Shown here: one piece after another, positions 8,769 to 17,941 of the stretch
Layout: each line of letters begins with the position of its first letter
Numbering within the stretch: the first letter of the stretch is position 1
From: an uncultured Actinomycetes bacterium
GTDB lineage: Bacteria; Actinomycetota; Actinomycetes; Streptosporangiales; Streptosporangiaceae
Reading direction: 5' to 3'
Assembly: GCA_963739615.1 (NCBI GenBank)
Contig: CAVUBD010000001.1
Location: forward strand, 44,590 to 108,589
Length of the DNA: 64,000 nt
Position numbers and translations under genes: made by a program
Notes under the pieces: generated by a model
The model's input: the letters and a program-made list of their open reading frames with translations, nothing else
What the model was told of the DNA's origin: nothing
Database searches by the model: none

Positions 8769-11539
8769 CCACCTTCGAGTCCATCCGGCTCACCGCCTAC
8801 CAGCCCGACCGCGACGCGGGCGCATTCACCCAGGGCTGGTACGGGCTGGCGTTCCCGGCTCGCTGGCGCAAGCTCTTCCTGGAGCACTACAGGCTCGGCA
8901 AGCGCGACCCCGACCGCTATCAGTACGTCCCGATCGGACGGCTGAACGAGGTGATCAGGGCAGTCGCCCCGGACCTGGTGTCCGTGGCGCGCGGGGCGAC
9001 CGAGAACGACGCCAGCCCCTGGATCTACGCGCGCGACCGCTTCCCGGTCCCGCTGCTGCGCCAGATGATCCTCGCGTGGATCTACGACATGCACGGCGAG
9101 GAGACCGACGCCGATAAGAAAGCCGAGATCCTGACTGCCACCACCGGGCTCGTGTCGGAACTCGACTTCAGCGAGCTCAGCTGGGATCCCGAGCCCGTCG
9201 ACCTCCTCGCCCGCAGCCTGAACGCCGACGGCACGGCACAACCCGACGGGCGCCTGTACCAGCTGCTCCCGGACGAGCTGGCAAAACGCGCACTCGACCT
9301 GGGATCCTACGCCTTGGAGGAGGCGCGGCTGAACTTCCGCATCGCGCCCGCTACGCGCGGCGCAGAGCTCATCTCCTGGCCCCCGCGCGACCATCACGAC
9401 GAGGATGGCAGCTGGAAGTTCTCCCTGGTCATCTCCCTGACCGTGCACACCGTCCCGTTCACGGGCGACTTCCGGCTCCACGTCCGGACCGGCATCCGGC
9501 GCTGGTGCACCAACGGGCCGGTCAAGGTGGGCTACCGGCATAGCGTGTCGACGTACCTGCTGACCGAGACGCCGTGGCTGCAGGGCGGCCCCGGCACAGG
9601 GCGCTTCGCGGTCAGCCAGCTGTGCAACGGCGAGGACCCGGACACCTACGAGTGGACTCGCGGCGGCCCCGAAGGCATGCTCAGGCAGCTCATGTTCGCC
9701 CAGCAGTTCCCCGAGCCAGCAGTCCTCCAGGTAGCCCCGGCGACCTGGATCGACGGCGCGGGCGGCGTCACGGCCGGCGTCGTCTACAGCACGACCATGG
9801 GCACCCACGGCGTCGGAGCCGGGCTGATGCCGCGCGACCGCGCACCGCTATCGGAGTGGATCGCCCCGGCCTTCGAGCCGTTTCTGCGCCGCGTCCCGGA
9901 CCACCACCCCAGCAAGTACCCGGTCGCGCCCCGCAACCTCCCCAGGAAGCCGGCCGGCAAGACAGCCGAGGAAAAAGACGAGAAGAAAGCCCAGATCAGG
10001 CGGCAGCAGCAGCAGGCTCGCCGGGAAGGCCTGGGCCGCATCCTGGAGGGCGAGCCGCTGCAAGCCGAGGTGCTGTGGCAGGACACCCCCACGCGCGACG
10101 GCCTGATCGCCCAGCTGGCCGAGGCGCTCGGCCTAGACGACCCTGACAGCAGCGACCCCGGCCTGCTCACCTGGCGGACTAGCGAGCTGATGGTCCGCCT
10201 GCGCCTTGAGGAAGCCGGCGACCTCGCCGCTCCTCTTGTCTTCCCCGGGCCGAAGCCGAGGAAGAAGCATCTCCACCGGGCGATCGGCCAGCGCCGCCGC
10301 CAGGTATCTGACCACTTCTCCGCCGGCAGCCCGGCGGACCTGACGCTCATCGAGATCGATAACCCGGGCGCCTTCGGCCCGTTCACCGACCCTAAGTTCG
10401 CCCTGCGGCTCGGCTGCGCCGACGCAGGGCGCCTGACCCAGTTCATCAACACGCCAAGCGGCAAGAAGAAGACCGCCACCCGCACCAGCATCGAGCACCG
10501 CTCCCTGCAGTCCTGGATCGATGGGTTCCGGCAGCTCGGCCTGAGCACCATCCCCGAGCACAGCCTCGACGGCCTTCCCCCCGACCTGACCGCGGTTGCC
10601 GTGTGGCTGGTGAAACGCCGCGCCGACGGCCCCACCGGCCAGCGTCGCATGACCCCGGTGGCCGTGCGCACCGGCCCGTCCGGCGCCATCACCGGCTGGG
10701 ACCCGGACACGGGCGAGTGGATCCCGTACCGGGCCATGCTCCTGCGCCTGACAAGGCACGCCGACATCCCGGGCGAGGAAGAAGCAGAGGCGGCCGAGAA
10801 CGAAGAGCCGGGAAAGAGCCCGCGCGCCTGGTCCCCGGACTTTGAGGAGCAGCGCGCGATAACCGCCCAGTTCATCAAGCCCCTGCTCTACAGCCTCCGC
10901 CGCGAGCAAGTACTGCTCATGACTCACGCCCAGAACAGCCGCGGCCTATGGCCATTCCTGGCGAACGGGAACATGCTTCGCGACAGCCTTCAGTTCGGCG
11001 CCAGCCCGGCACAGGGGATTGGCCTGTACGGCGACGGCCTGCGCCACGTACGGGTCCGCGACCACTCCATGAACGAAACGCCCCAGTGGTACGGATACAC
11101 CCCCGCCGCCACGAAGCCCGGGGAAGATGATGACGATTCTACGGACCGCTACGGCATCGCAGCCGGCCTCTGGGGCAGCCCTGACGGCGGCAGCGACCAG
11201 CGGACGTTCCTGAGCACGGCGGCCAAGGCGAGCACCGCGAAGAACGCGGCCGTCGACGCATCCAAGTTCGCCACCAGGGAGAACCAGCAGGGCGAGACCG
11301 TCATCGACACCGGCAAGAACGCCTCAAACCCCGGGATCCTCGAACTGGCCGTTTCCGCCTGCAACCCGGCACCCGGGACCAAGGCCACCACGGCATTCGA
11401 CCCCGAACTGTGGGCCGCCCTCGTGCATCAGCTCCGCCGGGCGCCCGACTACCGCGACACGCTCGCCCTACCCCTTCAGATGCACCTGGCCAAGCTAACC
11501 GAGGAGTATGTCCTGCCTCATGACCCGGACGCTGATTAG
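8765..11539 (+). CDS. pPIWI-RE-like protein (prokaryotic PIWI-RE clade Argonaute relative)
   Basis: 924 aa. GTG start overlaps the helicase stop (GTGA). Size, last position in a REase/helicase operon and the C-terminal LALPLQMHLAKLTEEY motif fit my recollection of PIWI-RE proteins. Not confirmed by any search. Confidence 0.55.
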   Translation: MTTFESIRLTAYQPDRDAGAFTQGWYGLAFPARWRKLFLEHYRLGKRDPDRYQYVPIGRLNEVIRAVAPDLVSVARGATENDASPWIYARDRFPVPLLRQMILAWIYDMHGEETDADKKAEILTATTGLVSELDFSELSWDPEPVDLLARSLNADGTAQPDGRLYQLLPDELAKRALDLGSYALEEARLNFRIAPATRGAELISWPPRDHHDEDGSWKFSLVISLTVHTVPFTGDFRLHVRTGIRRWCTNGPVKVGYRHSVSTYLLTETPWLQGGPGTGRFAVSQLCNGEDPDTYEWTRGGPEGMLRQLMFAQQFPEPAVLQVAPATWIDGAGGVTAGVVYSTTMGTHGVGAGLMPRDRAPLSEWIAPAFEPFLRRVPDHHPSKYPVAPRNLPRKPAGKTAEEKDEKKAQIRRQQQQARREGLGRILEGEPLQAEVLWQDTPTRDGLIAQLAEALGLDDPDSSDPGLLTWRTSELMVRLRLEEAGDLAAPLVFPGPKPRKKHLHRAIGQRRRQVSDHFSAGSPADLTLIEIDNPGAFGPFTDPKFALRLGCADAGRLTQFINTPSGKKKTATRTSIEHRSLQSWIDGFRQLGLSTIPEHSLDGLPPDLTAVAVWLVKRRADGPTGQRRMTPVAVRTGPSGAITGWDPDTGEWIPYRAMLLRLTRHADIPGEEEAEAAENEEPGKSPRAWSPDFEEQRAITAQFIKPLLYSLRREQVLLMTHAQNSRGLWPFLANGNMLRDSLQFGASPAQGIGLYGDGLRHVRVRDHSMNETPQWYGYTPAATKPGEDDDDSTDRYGIAAGLWGSPDGGSDQRTFLSTAAKASTAKNAAVDASKFATRENQQGETVIDTGKNASNPGILELAVSACNPAPGTKATTAFDPELWAALVHQLRRAPDYRDTLALPLQMHLAKLTEEYVLPHDPDAD

Positions 11540-11557
11540 GGACCGCTTCGGTCTGAG

Positions 11558-12549
11558 GCGCGTTATGTGGGTTGATATCCCGGTGGCGCCTTGATCGTGA
11601 GGTGGCCTCTGCGAGAGACAAGAGATAGTCGAAGTCCCTTGTCCCGCAGAGGCCACCACCATGCTGCCAACCGAGGACCTGTTCGTCTACGTCTACGTGC
11701 TGATCCACGACCTGATCACCGCCGGGGCCATCGCCATCCCGGCCCGGCCGGGTCCCGAACCGGCCTGCAGCGACGCCGAGCTGCTCACCGTCGCCATGGT
11801 GCGCCACCTGCTGGGCCGGCGCAGCGAGGCCGGATTCCTGGCCGAGGTGGCCCGCGACTGGGGCCATCTGTTCCCGCGGCTGCCGCACCAAAGCGAGGCG
11901 AACCGGCGGATCCGCTGGCTGCGGGGCGCCTTCGAGCAGTTCCGGGCGACGCTGGCGGCCCGGCTGCCCGAAGACGACTGCCAGCAGGTCGACACCTCCG
12001 CGCTGCCGGTCAAGCACGCCTCCCGGGTCCGCGGCCCGGATCAGTGGACCGGCCCGGGCAACGACCTGGCCGCCCGGTTCGGCCGCGACGCCGCGCACGC
12101 CGAATGGTTCTACGGCTTCCGGCTGGCCATCAAGACGGACCTGGGCAGCCGGATCGTGCGGGCCTGGAGCATCGTGCCCGCCGCGGTCAACGAGCGCGAG
12201 GTCGCCGAAGACCTGCTCCGGGCCGGGCCGCCGCCCCGCGACCTGCTGTGCGACAAGGGCTTCAACGGCAAGGCATTCGCCGCCGGACAGGCCGCCCGCG
12301 GGACCGCGGTGCTCGTCCCGCCCGCCAAGGACCAGCGTGCCCGCATGCCCGCCATCCTGCAGAAGGTCATCGCCCAGTGGCGCAACCGCATCGAGGCCAG
12401 CTTCGGCGAGATCACCGACCTGATGGGGCTGGCCCGGCACGGTGCTCATACCTTCTGGGGCCTTCTGACCCGCACCGCTGCCACCATCGCGGCACACACG
12501 CTGCTGCGCACCTGCCTCGCCGTAGGCTAGATCAACCCACATAACGCGC
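11558..12549 (+). mobile_element. IS982-family insertion sequence, apparently intact
   Basis: 19-bp perfect terminal inverted repeats: GCGCGTTATGTGGGTTGAT (11558-11576) and its complement (12531-12549). Flanked by a CTGAG direct repeat (11553-11557 and 12550-12554). One DDE transposase gene inside. Confidence 0.85.
11661..12530 (+). CDS. IS982-family DDE transposase
   Basis: 289 aa. VDTSALPV, LLCDKGF and WRNRIEASFGEI blocks are typical of IS982 transposases. Bounded by the IRs above. Confidence 0.9.
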   Translation: MLPTEDLFVYVYVLIHDLITAGAIAIPARPGPEPACSDAELLTVAMVRHLLGRRSEAGFLAEVARDWGHLFPRLPHQSEANRRIRWLRGAFEQFRATLAARLPEDDCQQVDTSALPVKHASRVRGPDQWTGPGNDLAARFGRDAAHAEWFYGFRLAIKTDLGSRIVRAWSIVPAAVNEREVAEDLLRAGPPPRDLLCDKGFNGKAFAAGQAARGTAVLVPPAKDQRARMPAILQKVIAQWRNRIEASFGEITDLMGLARHGAHTFWGLLTRTAATIAAHTLLRTCLAVG

Positions 12550-12775
12550 CTGAGGCGTGACAAGTGACGGTAGGCGGCCATCAAGGGCACGCGACCCGTG
12601 AGCCATCAACGCATACAGCCAGGCCGCCCGCACCGCATCGCGGTTCCGGCACGAAGGGGTCCGATCTGCCCCCCGCACCCGGAGGCTGGGCGCTCGCCGT
12701 CCAGCTAGGTTACGGCACCAGCCGTAACCCCGCCACGGTGCCAGGCCCCGCTGCCGTAACAGGTAGATTCGTTTC

Positions 12776-13117
12776 ATGGCTTCCCGCCGCCCGCCGAAGC
12801 ACGATCCGGTAAGGCGCATGACCACCCTTGTGCTCTCCCAGGGCTTCCCCGCTGAGTTCTGGCCGGACTCAGAACTCGCCAAGTTCGCGGGCAACGACAA
12901 CCTCGGCTGGTGGATCGGGCACCTCCGCGAAGCCGAGACATCGACCCGGCGGCACCGGAAACGGCTAGAAGCGTTGCGAGACGGTACCGCGCCCCGGGTG
13001 TGCCCCGGCTGCGGAGGTCCGGTCGCCGGCCGCGCTGATGCCGTCTACTGCGGTACCGCCTGCCGGGTCCGCGCTCACCGGGCACGTGGTCAGGCCCGCA
13101 GGCCTGCCCGAGGTTAA
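12776..13117 (+). CDS. Hypothetical protein with a C-terminal zinc-ribbon (CPGCG...YCGTAC)
   Basis: 113 aa with good GC3. An alternative start is at 12818 (MTTLVLSQ). The CPGCGGPVAGRADAVYCGTACRVRAHR motif recurs in small actinomycete mobile-element proteins. Confidence 0.5.
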   Translation: MASRRPPKHDPVRRMTTLVLSQGFPAEFWPDSELAKFAGNDNLGWWIGHLREAETSTRRHRKRLEALRDGTAPRVCPGCGGPVAGRADAVYCGTACRVRAHRARGQARRPARG

Positions 13118-13508
13118 GCGGCGGTGCCGCCGCCCTGCCTCCGCAAGCGGAGGCGCGGGGTGGGCGAGCTGGCCACGGCGCGATGAAGCGGGGTGGTATC
13201 ACGGGGGCGCGGCACCGCCGCATGATCACGATACACACCGCAATGCGTACGTTATGTAACGATCCGGGCGCTGAAGGGCATACTGGCGGCTGGTAGCAGC
13301 GTCAGCGAGCCTGGACGTCGCGGGCCGCGTCCAGCTCGGGTAGACGCTCAGCAGCGTGCACGTGACCGGCGCTGCCGGGGTCGTCTCGGCGGACAGCATG
13401 ACCACCCGGACGCCGCCCAGGTCGCTGGACGCCCCGGCTGCTTCCGCATCCGGACGCATAGAGGACCGCGCTGCCCCCATCCAGGCAGCCGCGCCGGTCC
13501 GCGTGCCG

Positions 13509-13730
13509 TCAGCGGCGCTTGCGCAGGAGCAGGCCGAGGATGTCGCGCTGTTTGTCGGTGAGCGGGCCGAGGCTGGCCGCGGTGCGCTCGACCCACTCCC
13601 GGTCATCGGCAGACAGGTCGTACTTGCCGTCGCCGCCGCGCCCGGCTGCCGGCAGGCCGCAGGCGGTGTCCGCCGCCAGCTCATCCTCGCCAGGGCCGGC
13701 GCCATGAATTGCCCGGAGCCCGTCATGCAT
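13509..13730 (-). CDS. Small conserved hypothetical protein; paralogue of 23811-24023
   Basis: Start trimmed to the internal Met (MHDGLRAI...) because 13731-13823 is AT-rich and promoter-like. The C-terminus DLSADDREWVERTAASLGPLTDKQRDILGLLLRKRR aligns with QLSDDDREWIARVVDSLGPLSQRQRDALGRLLHKHG of the other copy. Confidence 0.5.
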   Translation of the reverse strand: MHDGLRAIHGAGPGEDELAADTACGLPAAGRGGDGKYDLSADDREWVERTAASLGPLTDKQRDILGLLLRKRR

Positions 13731-13810
13731 GATTTCAAGGTGCCGTCTATTAGGTGGCGCTGGCAAATCAATGTGTGCCAACGTAAACCTCTTTAAACCG
13801 GACTGGGCAT

Positions 13811-13850
13811 CACTGAGCATCACTCAGCCGCACTCAGCCGCACTCAGCAA
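13811..13850. repeat. Four tandem 10-bp repeats (CACTSAGCNN)
   Basis: The sequence reads directly as cactgagcat cactcagccg cactcagccg cactcagcaa. Confidence 0.85.
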
Positions 13851-14360
13851 CACCGGCTATAACCGGCTAGCACTTAAAAGAGCGGCAAATTTTTTTGCCT
13901 GGTCACGTAAAACCCGGGATACGTCACCGCTGTGCGGGTGCAGGCATTCACCGAGACACCAGCCCGGTGATAACGGGCTGGTCCCGCTGGCCTGGTCCCA
14001 GTGTGCCGCGCCCGCCTCACCGGGCACACAGGTCCGGCCGCTGGCCTGCGGTTCAGCGTGGCCGGCAGTACCGGCAGCGATGTGCAGCTCTTGTCGCCAG
14101 CAAGGACTCCAGTTCGCTTCCAGCGCGCTTGGGTGACCGTCAGGTCAGCGGCGAGGAGAAGGAATGCGCGGCCATTAACCAGCGCCTTCTACATCAGATG
14201 AAGGTGGCCGTCAGGGCCGCGAAGCAAGATGCGCATAGCGTTCACATCCGTTTGGCCCGAGCGCGGGCCAGAAGGCATACTGAAAGAGCCAGGTCCGGGT
14301 TAGACCGGGAAATTCACGGCGCATTCGCGCCGGGCTTGGCAGCGAAAAAGGGGGAGACCC

Positions 14361-14873
14361 GTGACGTACGTTCTGCACGATGACCAGGTCCGCGACGACG
14401 GCCAGCCGGCCGATGCCCCGCCGCGCCGCCGCACCCGGAACCAGGGCAGGCGCGGCCGCACAGTGCGGTTCGCGATGTCCGACCAGGAGTACGCCGAGGT
14501 GTCGGCCGCCGCCCGCCAGGCCGGGCTAGCGCGCGGCGCGTACGCGGCCGAAGCCACCCTTGCCATCGCACGAGGCGTCGCTGCGACGCCGGACGCGCCG
14601 CTTGCCGATGCGGTGCATGCCCTGGACCGCGCCGCGCTGGCGGTGCGCCGGATAGGCGTGAACTTGAATCAGGCGGTCGCCAAGCTGAACGCGACCGGGC
14701 AATGGTCCGGTGACCTACTCCCGTACGCGCAGGAGAGTGCCCGCCGAGCCGCCCGGCTGGAGGCGGCCGGGGAAGACCTGCGGAAGCGACTCCTCCGCAC
14801 CATCCGCGCACCCGGACGACGCCGACGGACGGCCGGAACGGATTCCGTGCCGCGCTCCGCCGTTCCGGGATGA
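14361..14873 (+). CDS. mobC: MobC-family mobilization (relaxosome accessory) protein
   Basis: GTG start after GGGGGAG. The RTVRFAMSDQEYAEVSAAARQAGL ribbon-helix-helix-like part and RRIGVNLNQAVAKLNATG match the MobC signature (IGxNLNQ). Confidence 0.75.
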   Translation: MTYVLHDDQVRDDGQPADAPPRRRTRNQGRRGRTVRFAMSDQEYAEVSAAARQAGLARGAYAAEATLAIARGVAATPDAPLADAVHALDRAALAVRRIGVNLNQAVAKLNATGQWSGDLLPYAQESARRAARLEAAGEDLRKRLLRTIRAPGRRRRTAGTDSVPRSAVPG

Positions 14874-15061
14874 CCGGATCGCGTTCCGCGCCGACCCGCC
14901 ACGGCGCGGATGGCATTCCGTTCCGCGTTCCGCGCATCCGGGACCGGAACGGATGGAGTTCCGCGTGGCCCGGAACGCGGCGGATGAGGCCCCGCAGTCC
15001 CGGTTGCGGAAAAGGTACCGGTCCCGCCCTTTCCAGGTCGCTGGCCGGGGACGGGTAAGCG

Positions 15062-16609
15062 GTGATCGGGAAGGTGTGCCCGCGCGGGCAGGACGTGGCC
15101 GGGCTCATCCGCTACCTGTACGGCCCCGGATGCCGGGAAGAACACACCGACCCGCACATCGTCGCCGGCTACCGGGATCCCGCCGATCTGGAACCCCCGC
15201 TGCGCGCCAATGGGAGCCGGGACTTCCGCCGCCTGACCGGCCTGCTCCGGCTGCCGCACGACGTGCTCGGCAAGTGGGGGTACGCCAAGCCGGTCTGGCA
15301 CTGCTCGATGCGCGCCGCCCCCGAGGACCGGCTGCTCTCCGACGCCGAATGGGCCGGTATCGCGCGGGACGTGATGCACCGCACGGGGTTGTGCCCGCGC
15401 GGGGAGGAAGACGACGCGGTGCGGTGGATCGCGATCCGGCACGGCCCGGATCACATCCACCTGGTGGCGATGCTGGCCCGGCAGGACCGGACCCGGCCCC
15501 GGATCGTGAACGAGCGGTACCGGGTCCGCGATGCGTGCATCGCCGCCGAGCGGCAGTACGGGCTGCGGTCCACCACCCCGGCCGACCGCACCGCGGCCCG
15601 CCGCCCTACTCGGGCCGAGACCGGCAAGGCCGACCGCCAGGGCCGCGGGGAGCCGGCCAGGCTCACCCTGCGCCGCCACGTCTCCACCGCCGCCGCGTCA
15701 GCGGCCAGCGCGGAGGAGTTCTTCGCCCGGCTGGACCAGGCCGGGGTGCTGGTCCGCCTCCGGTACAGCACCAGGAACCCCTGCCAGGTCACCGGATACG
15801 CCGCCGCCCTGCCCGATGACACCACTAAAGCGGGGGAACCGGTCTGGTACGGAGGCGGCAAGCTCGCCGCCGACTTGTCGTGGCCCCGGCTGTGCCAGCG
15901 GTGGACCCGCCCGGCCCGGCCGGACTCACCGCTGTCGGCCGCCGAAGCCGACGCCCTGTGGGAGTACGTCGCCCGCACCGCCGCTGACGCGACCGCCCGG
16001 ATCAGGTTCTACACCGCGACCGGCAACCCGGCCGCCGCCGCCGACGCCGCGTACGCCGCCTCCGATGCGCTGCACACAGCCGCCGCCGCGCTCGGCAGCC
16101 GCACCCTGCGGCAGGCTGCCGACGCATTCGACCGCGCCGCCCGCCAGCCCTACGGCCGCATACCCAGCCCGACCCCGGCCGGGAACCAGCTCCGCCACGC
16201 CGCCCGGCTGATTTCCGCCTACGCCTACCTCACCGGAGATCCCACCCTCACCCCGGTCGTGCTGCTGGTACGCCTCGCCGCCCTGGCCGAGGCCGTCGCC
16301 GAACTCCGCGACTCCCAGCAGCGCGCCGCCCAGGCCGCCGCCGCGCTCCGCGCCGCCCGGCACATCCGCACCGCCGCCAGGCCCGCGCCGCCCACTCGGC
16401 CGCCAGGCAGGCCCGCGACGGCTACGACTCCGTCCGCGTCGAAATCCGCCCAGCCCCGGCCGGACACCGCCGCTGGCCTGGCCCAGCTCAGCTTCCCCGC
16501 TGCGCCCCGTCCTCGCCCGCCCGCACCAGAGCATCCCGGACCCGGCTCCGGCGATCCACCCCCGCTACGCAGGCCACCACCACCTCGGCCACGCGGCCCC
16601 ACCCGCTAA
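15062..16609 (+). CDS. Relaxase / mobilization nuclease (MobA/VirD2 family) with a Pro/Ala-rich tail
   Basis: N-terminal VAGLIRYLYGPG, WHCSMRAAPEDR and the histidine triad region IRHGPDHIHLV. Lies directly downstream of mobC. Confidence 0.85.
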   Translation: MIGKVCPRGQDVAGLIRYLYGPGCREEHTDPHIVAGYRDPADLEPPLRANGSRDFRRLTGLLRLPHDVLGKWGYAKPVWHCSMRAAPEDRLLSDAEWAGIARDVMHRTGLCPRGEEDDAVRWIAIRHGPDHIHLVAMLARQDRTRPRIVNERYRVRDACIAAERQYGLRSTTPADRTAARRPTRAETGKADRQGRGEPARLTLRRHVSTAAASAASAEEFFARLDQAGVLVRLRYSTRNPCQVTGYAAALPDDTTKAGEPVWYGGGKLAADLSWPRLCQRWTRPARPDSPLSAAEADALWEYVARTAADATARIRFYTATGNPAAAADAAYAASDALHTAAAALGSRTLRQAADAFDRAARQPYGRIPSPTPAGNQLRHAARLISAYAYLTGDPTLTPVVLLVRLAALAEAVAELRDSQQRAAQAAAALRAARHIRTAARPAPPTRPPGRPATATTPSASKSAQPRPDTAAGLAQLSFPAAPRPRPPAPEHPGPGSGDPPPLRRPPPPRPRGPTR

Positions 16610-16626
16610 GCCCGGACGGCCCGGCA

Positions 16627-17928
16627 TCACGCTTCACTGGCCCTGATGTCGGCTGCCTCAGAGCCGGTCTGTACGGCCGTGCCTGCAAGTTGCTCGTCCA
16701 GGCGGCTGAGGGCTGCCCGCGCCTGCTGCTGTGCCGCTTGCCCGGCCGGGACGCCGGGCTCGCTGACCAGGCGGATGACCCGCTGGACCTGATGCGGCAG
16801 GCGGAGAGTTTCGGCGTCGCTGATGGCGGCGGTCAGCATGGTCTCGGCGGTGTGCTCGTCTCCGGCCCTGGCGAGCACTTCAGCGGTAGTGATCCGCTCG
16901 ATGACCCGCCAGTGCGGGGACGGCGGCCCGCTGCCGGCCGGGTAGCGTCCGGCCAACTCGGCAGCCTGAGCAGTACGTCCGGTCGCCAGCAGCCCGCGCA
17001 GGCGGACCTCCCGGACGGTGAACGGGCTGAACAGCACATCGTGCTCTGGTGCTTTCTCTACCGCCTGGACGCACTGGCTGGCGGTGGCGTCGAACAGGTC
17101 GGCCTGCCCGGACTCGGCTGCCGCGCGGGCCAGCAGGACCAGCCCGGCGCCCTGCCGCACCGGGTGATCATCGACCTGAAGAGCCTGCCGGAGCCGGATG
17201 ATCCCGGCATCCGGATGCCCGGCCTTGCGCAGCTCGTTGCCGTGCATCCGCAACACCAGCCCGAGCAGCGGCCGGTCCTGCAGGTGCCAGGCGATGCGAA
17301 GCGCCCGGCCGGTCCAGAGCGCGGCGGTGGCCAGCCGCTCATCGGGCAGCAGATGACCCAGCGCGACCCCGAGCGACATCCGCGCCTGGGCCAGCAGGCT
17401 CATCGCCTCCTGCTCGGCATACCCGGCCGCGACGCGGGCTTCCAGCCGGGTGACCAGCGGCCACAGCTCGCTGACCGCCTCGGCCGCCCGGCCGCTTTGC
17501 CGGGCGATCTGGGCCAGCCGGATGACCGAGGTGCCGAACGCGAGCATGGCGGTGAAGTCCGCGTCGTCCGGGCCGGCGATCCCGAGCATGTGCGGCGGGA
17601 TGGCCAGCGTGCGCGCGATGTGCGCCAGCGTGCCCCGGTCGGTGATGGTACGGCGGCCGGACTCGATCAGCGAGATGTAGGTGCGGTCATAGCCGAGTAT
17701 GTCCGCGAGCTGCTGCTGGGTCATGGAACTGGCTTGCCGGTACCCGCGCAAGATCGCCCCCAGATCCCCGCCGGCCCCGGCCCGCTCTGCTGCTGGCAGC
17801 CACGCCGCCGCCCCGGCCGGACCCGCGCCCGGTATCGCCAGCGGCGCGGGGCGCTGGCACGCCGCGCAGCGCGCCGCCAGACCCGAGGGTGAGCCCGGCG
17901 CTCCGCACTGACCGCAGCGTCCGCTCAT
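16627..17928 (-). CDS. XRE-family HTH regulator with an N-terminal Cys4 zinc ribbon and a C-terminal TPR-like domain
   Basis: CGQCG...CAAC, then MTQQQLADILGYDRTYISLIESGRR (HTH_XRE), then a ~280-aa helical repeat region. Confidence 0.8.
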   Translation of the reverse strand: MSGRCGQCGAPGSPSGLAARCAACQRPAPLAIPGAGPAGAAAWLPAAERAGAGGDLGAILRGYRQASSMTQQQLADILGYDRTYISLIESGRRTITDRGTLAHIARTLAIPPHMLGIAGPDDADFTAMLAFGTSVIRLAQIARQSGRAAEAVSELWPLVTRLEARVAAGYAEQEAMSLLAQARMSLGVALGHLLPDERLATAALWTGRALRIAWHLQDRPLLGLVLRMHGNELRKAGHPDAGIIRLRQALQVDDHPVRQGAGLVLLARAAAESGQADLFDATASQCVQAVEKAPEHDVLFSPFTVREVRLRGLLATGRTAQAAELAGRYPAGSGPPSPHWRVIERITTAEVLARAGDEHTAETMLTAAISDAETLRLPHQVQRVIRLVSEPGVPAGQAAQQQARAALSRLDEQLAGTAVQTGSEAADIRASEA

Positions 17929-17941
17929 CCCAGCCCTCCCG

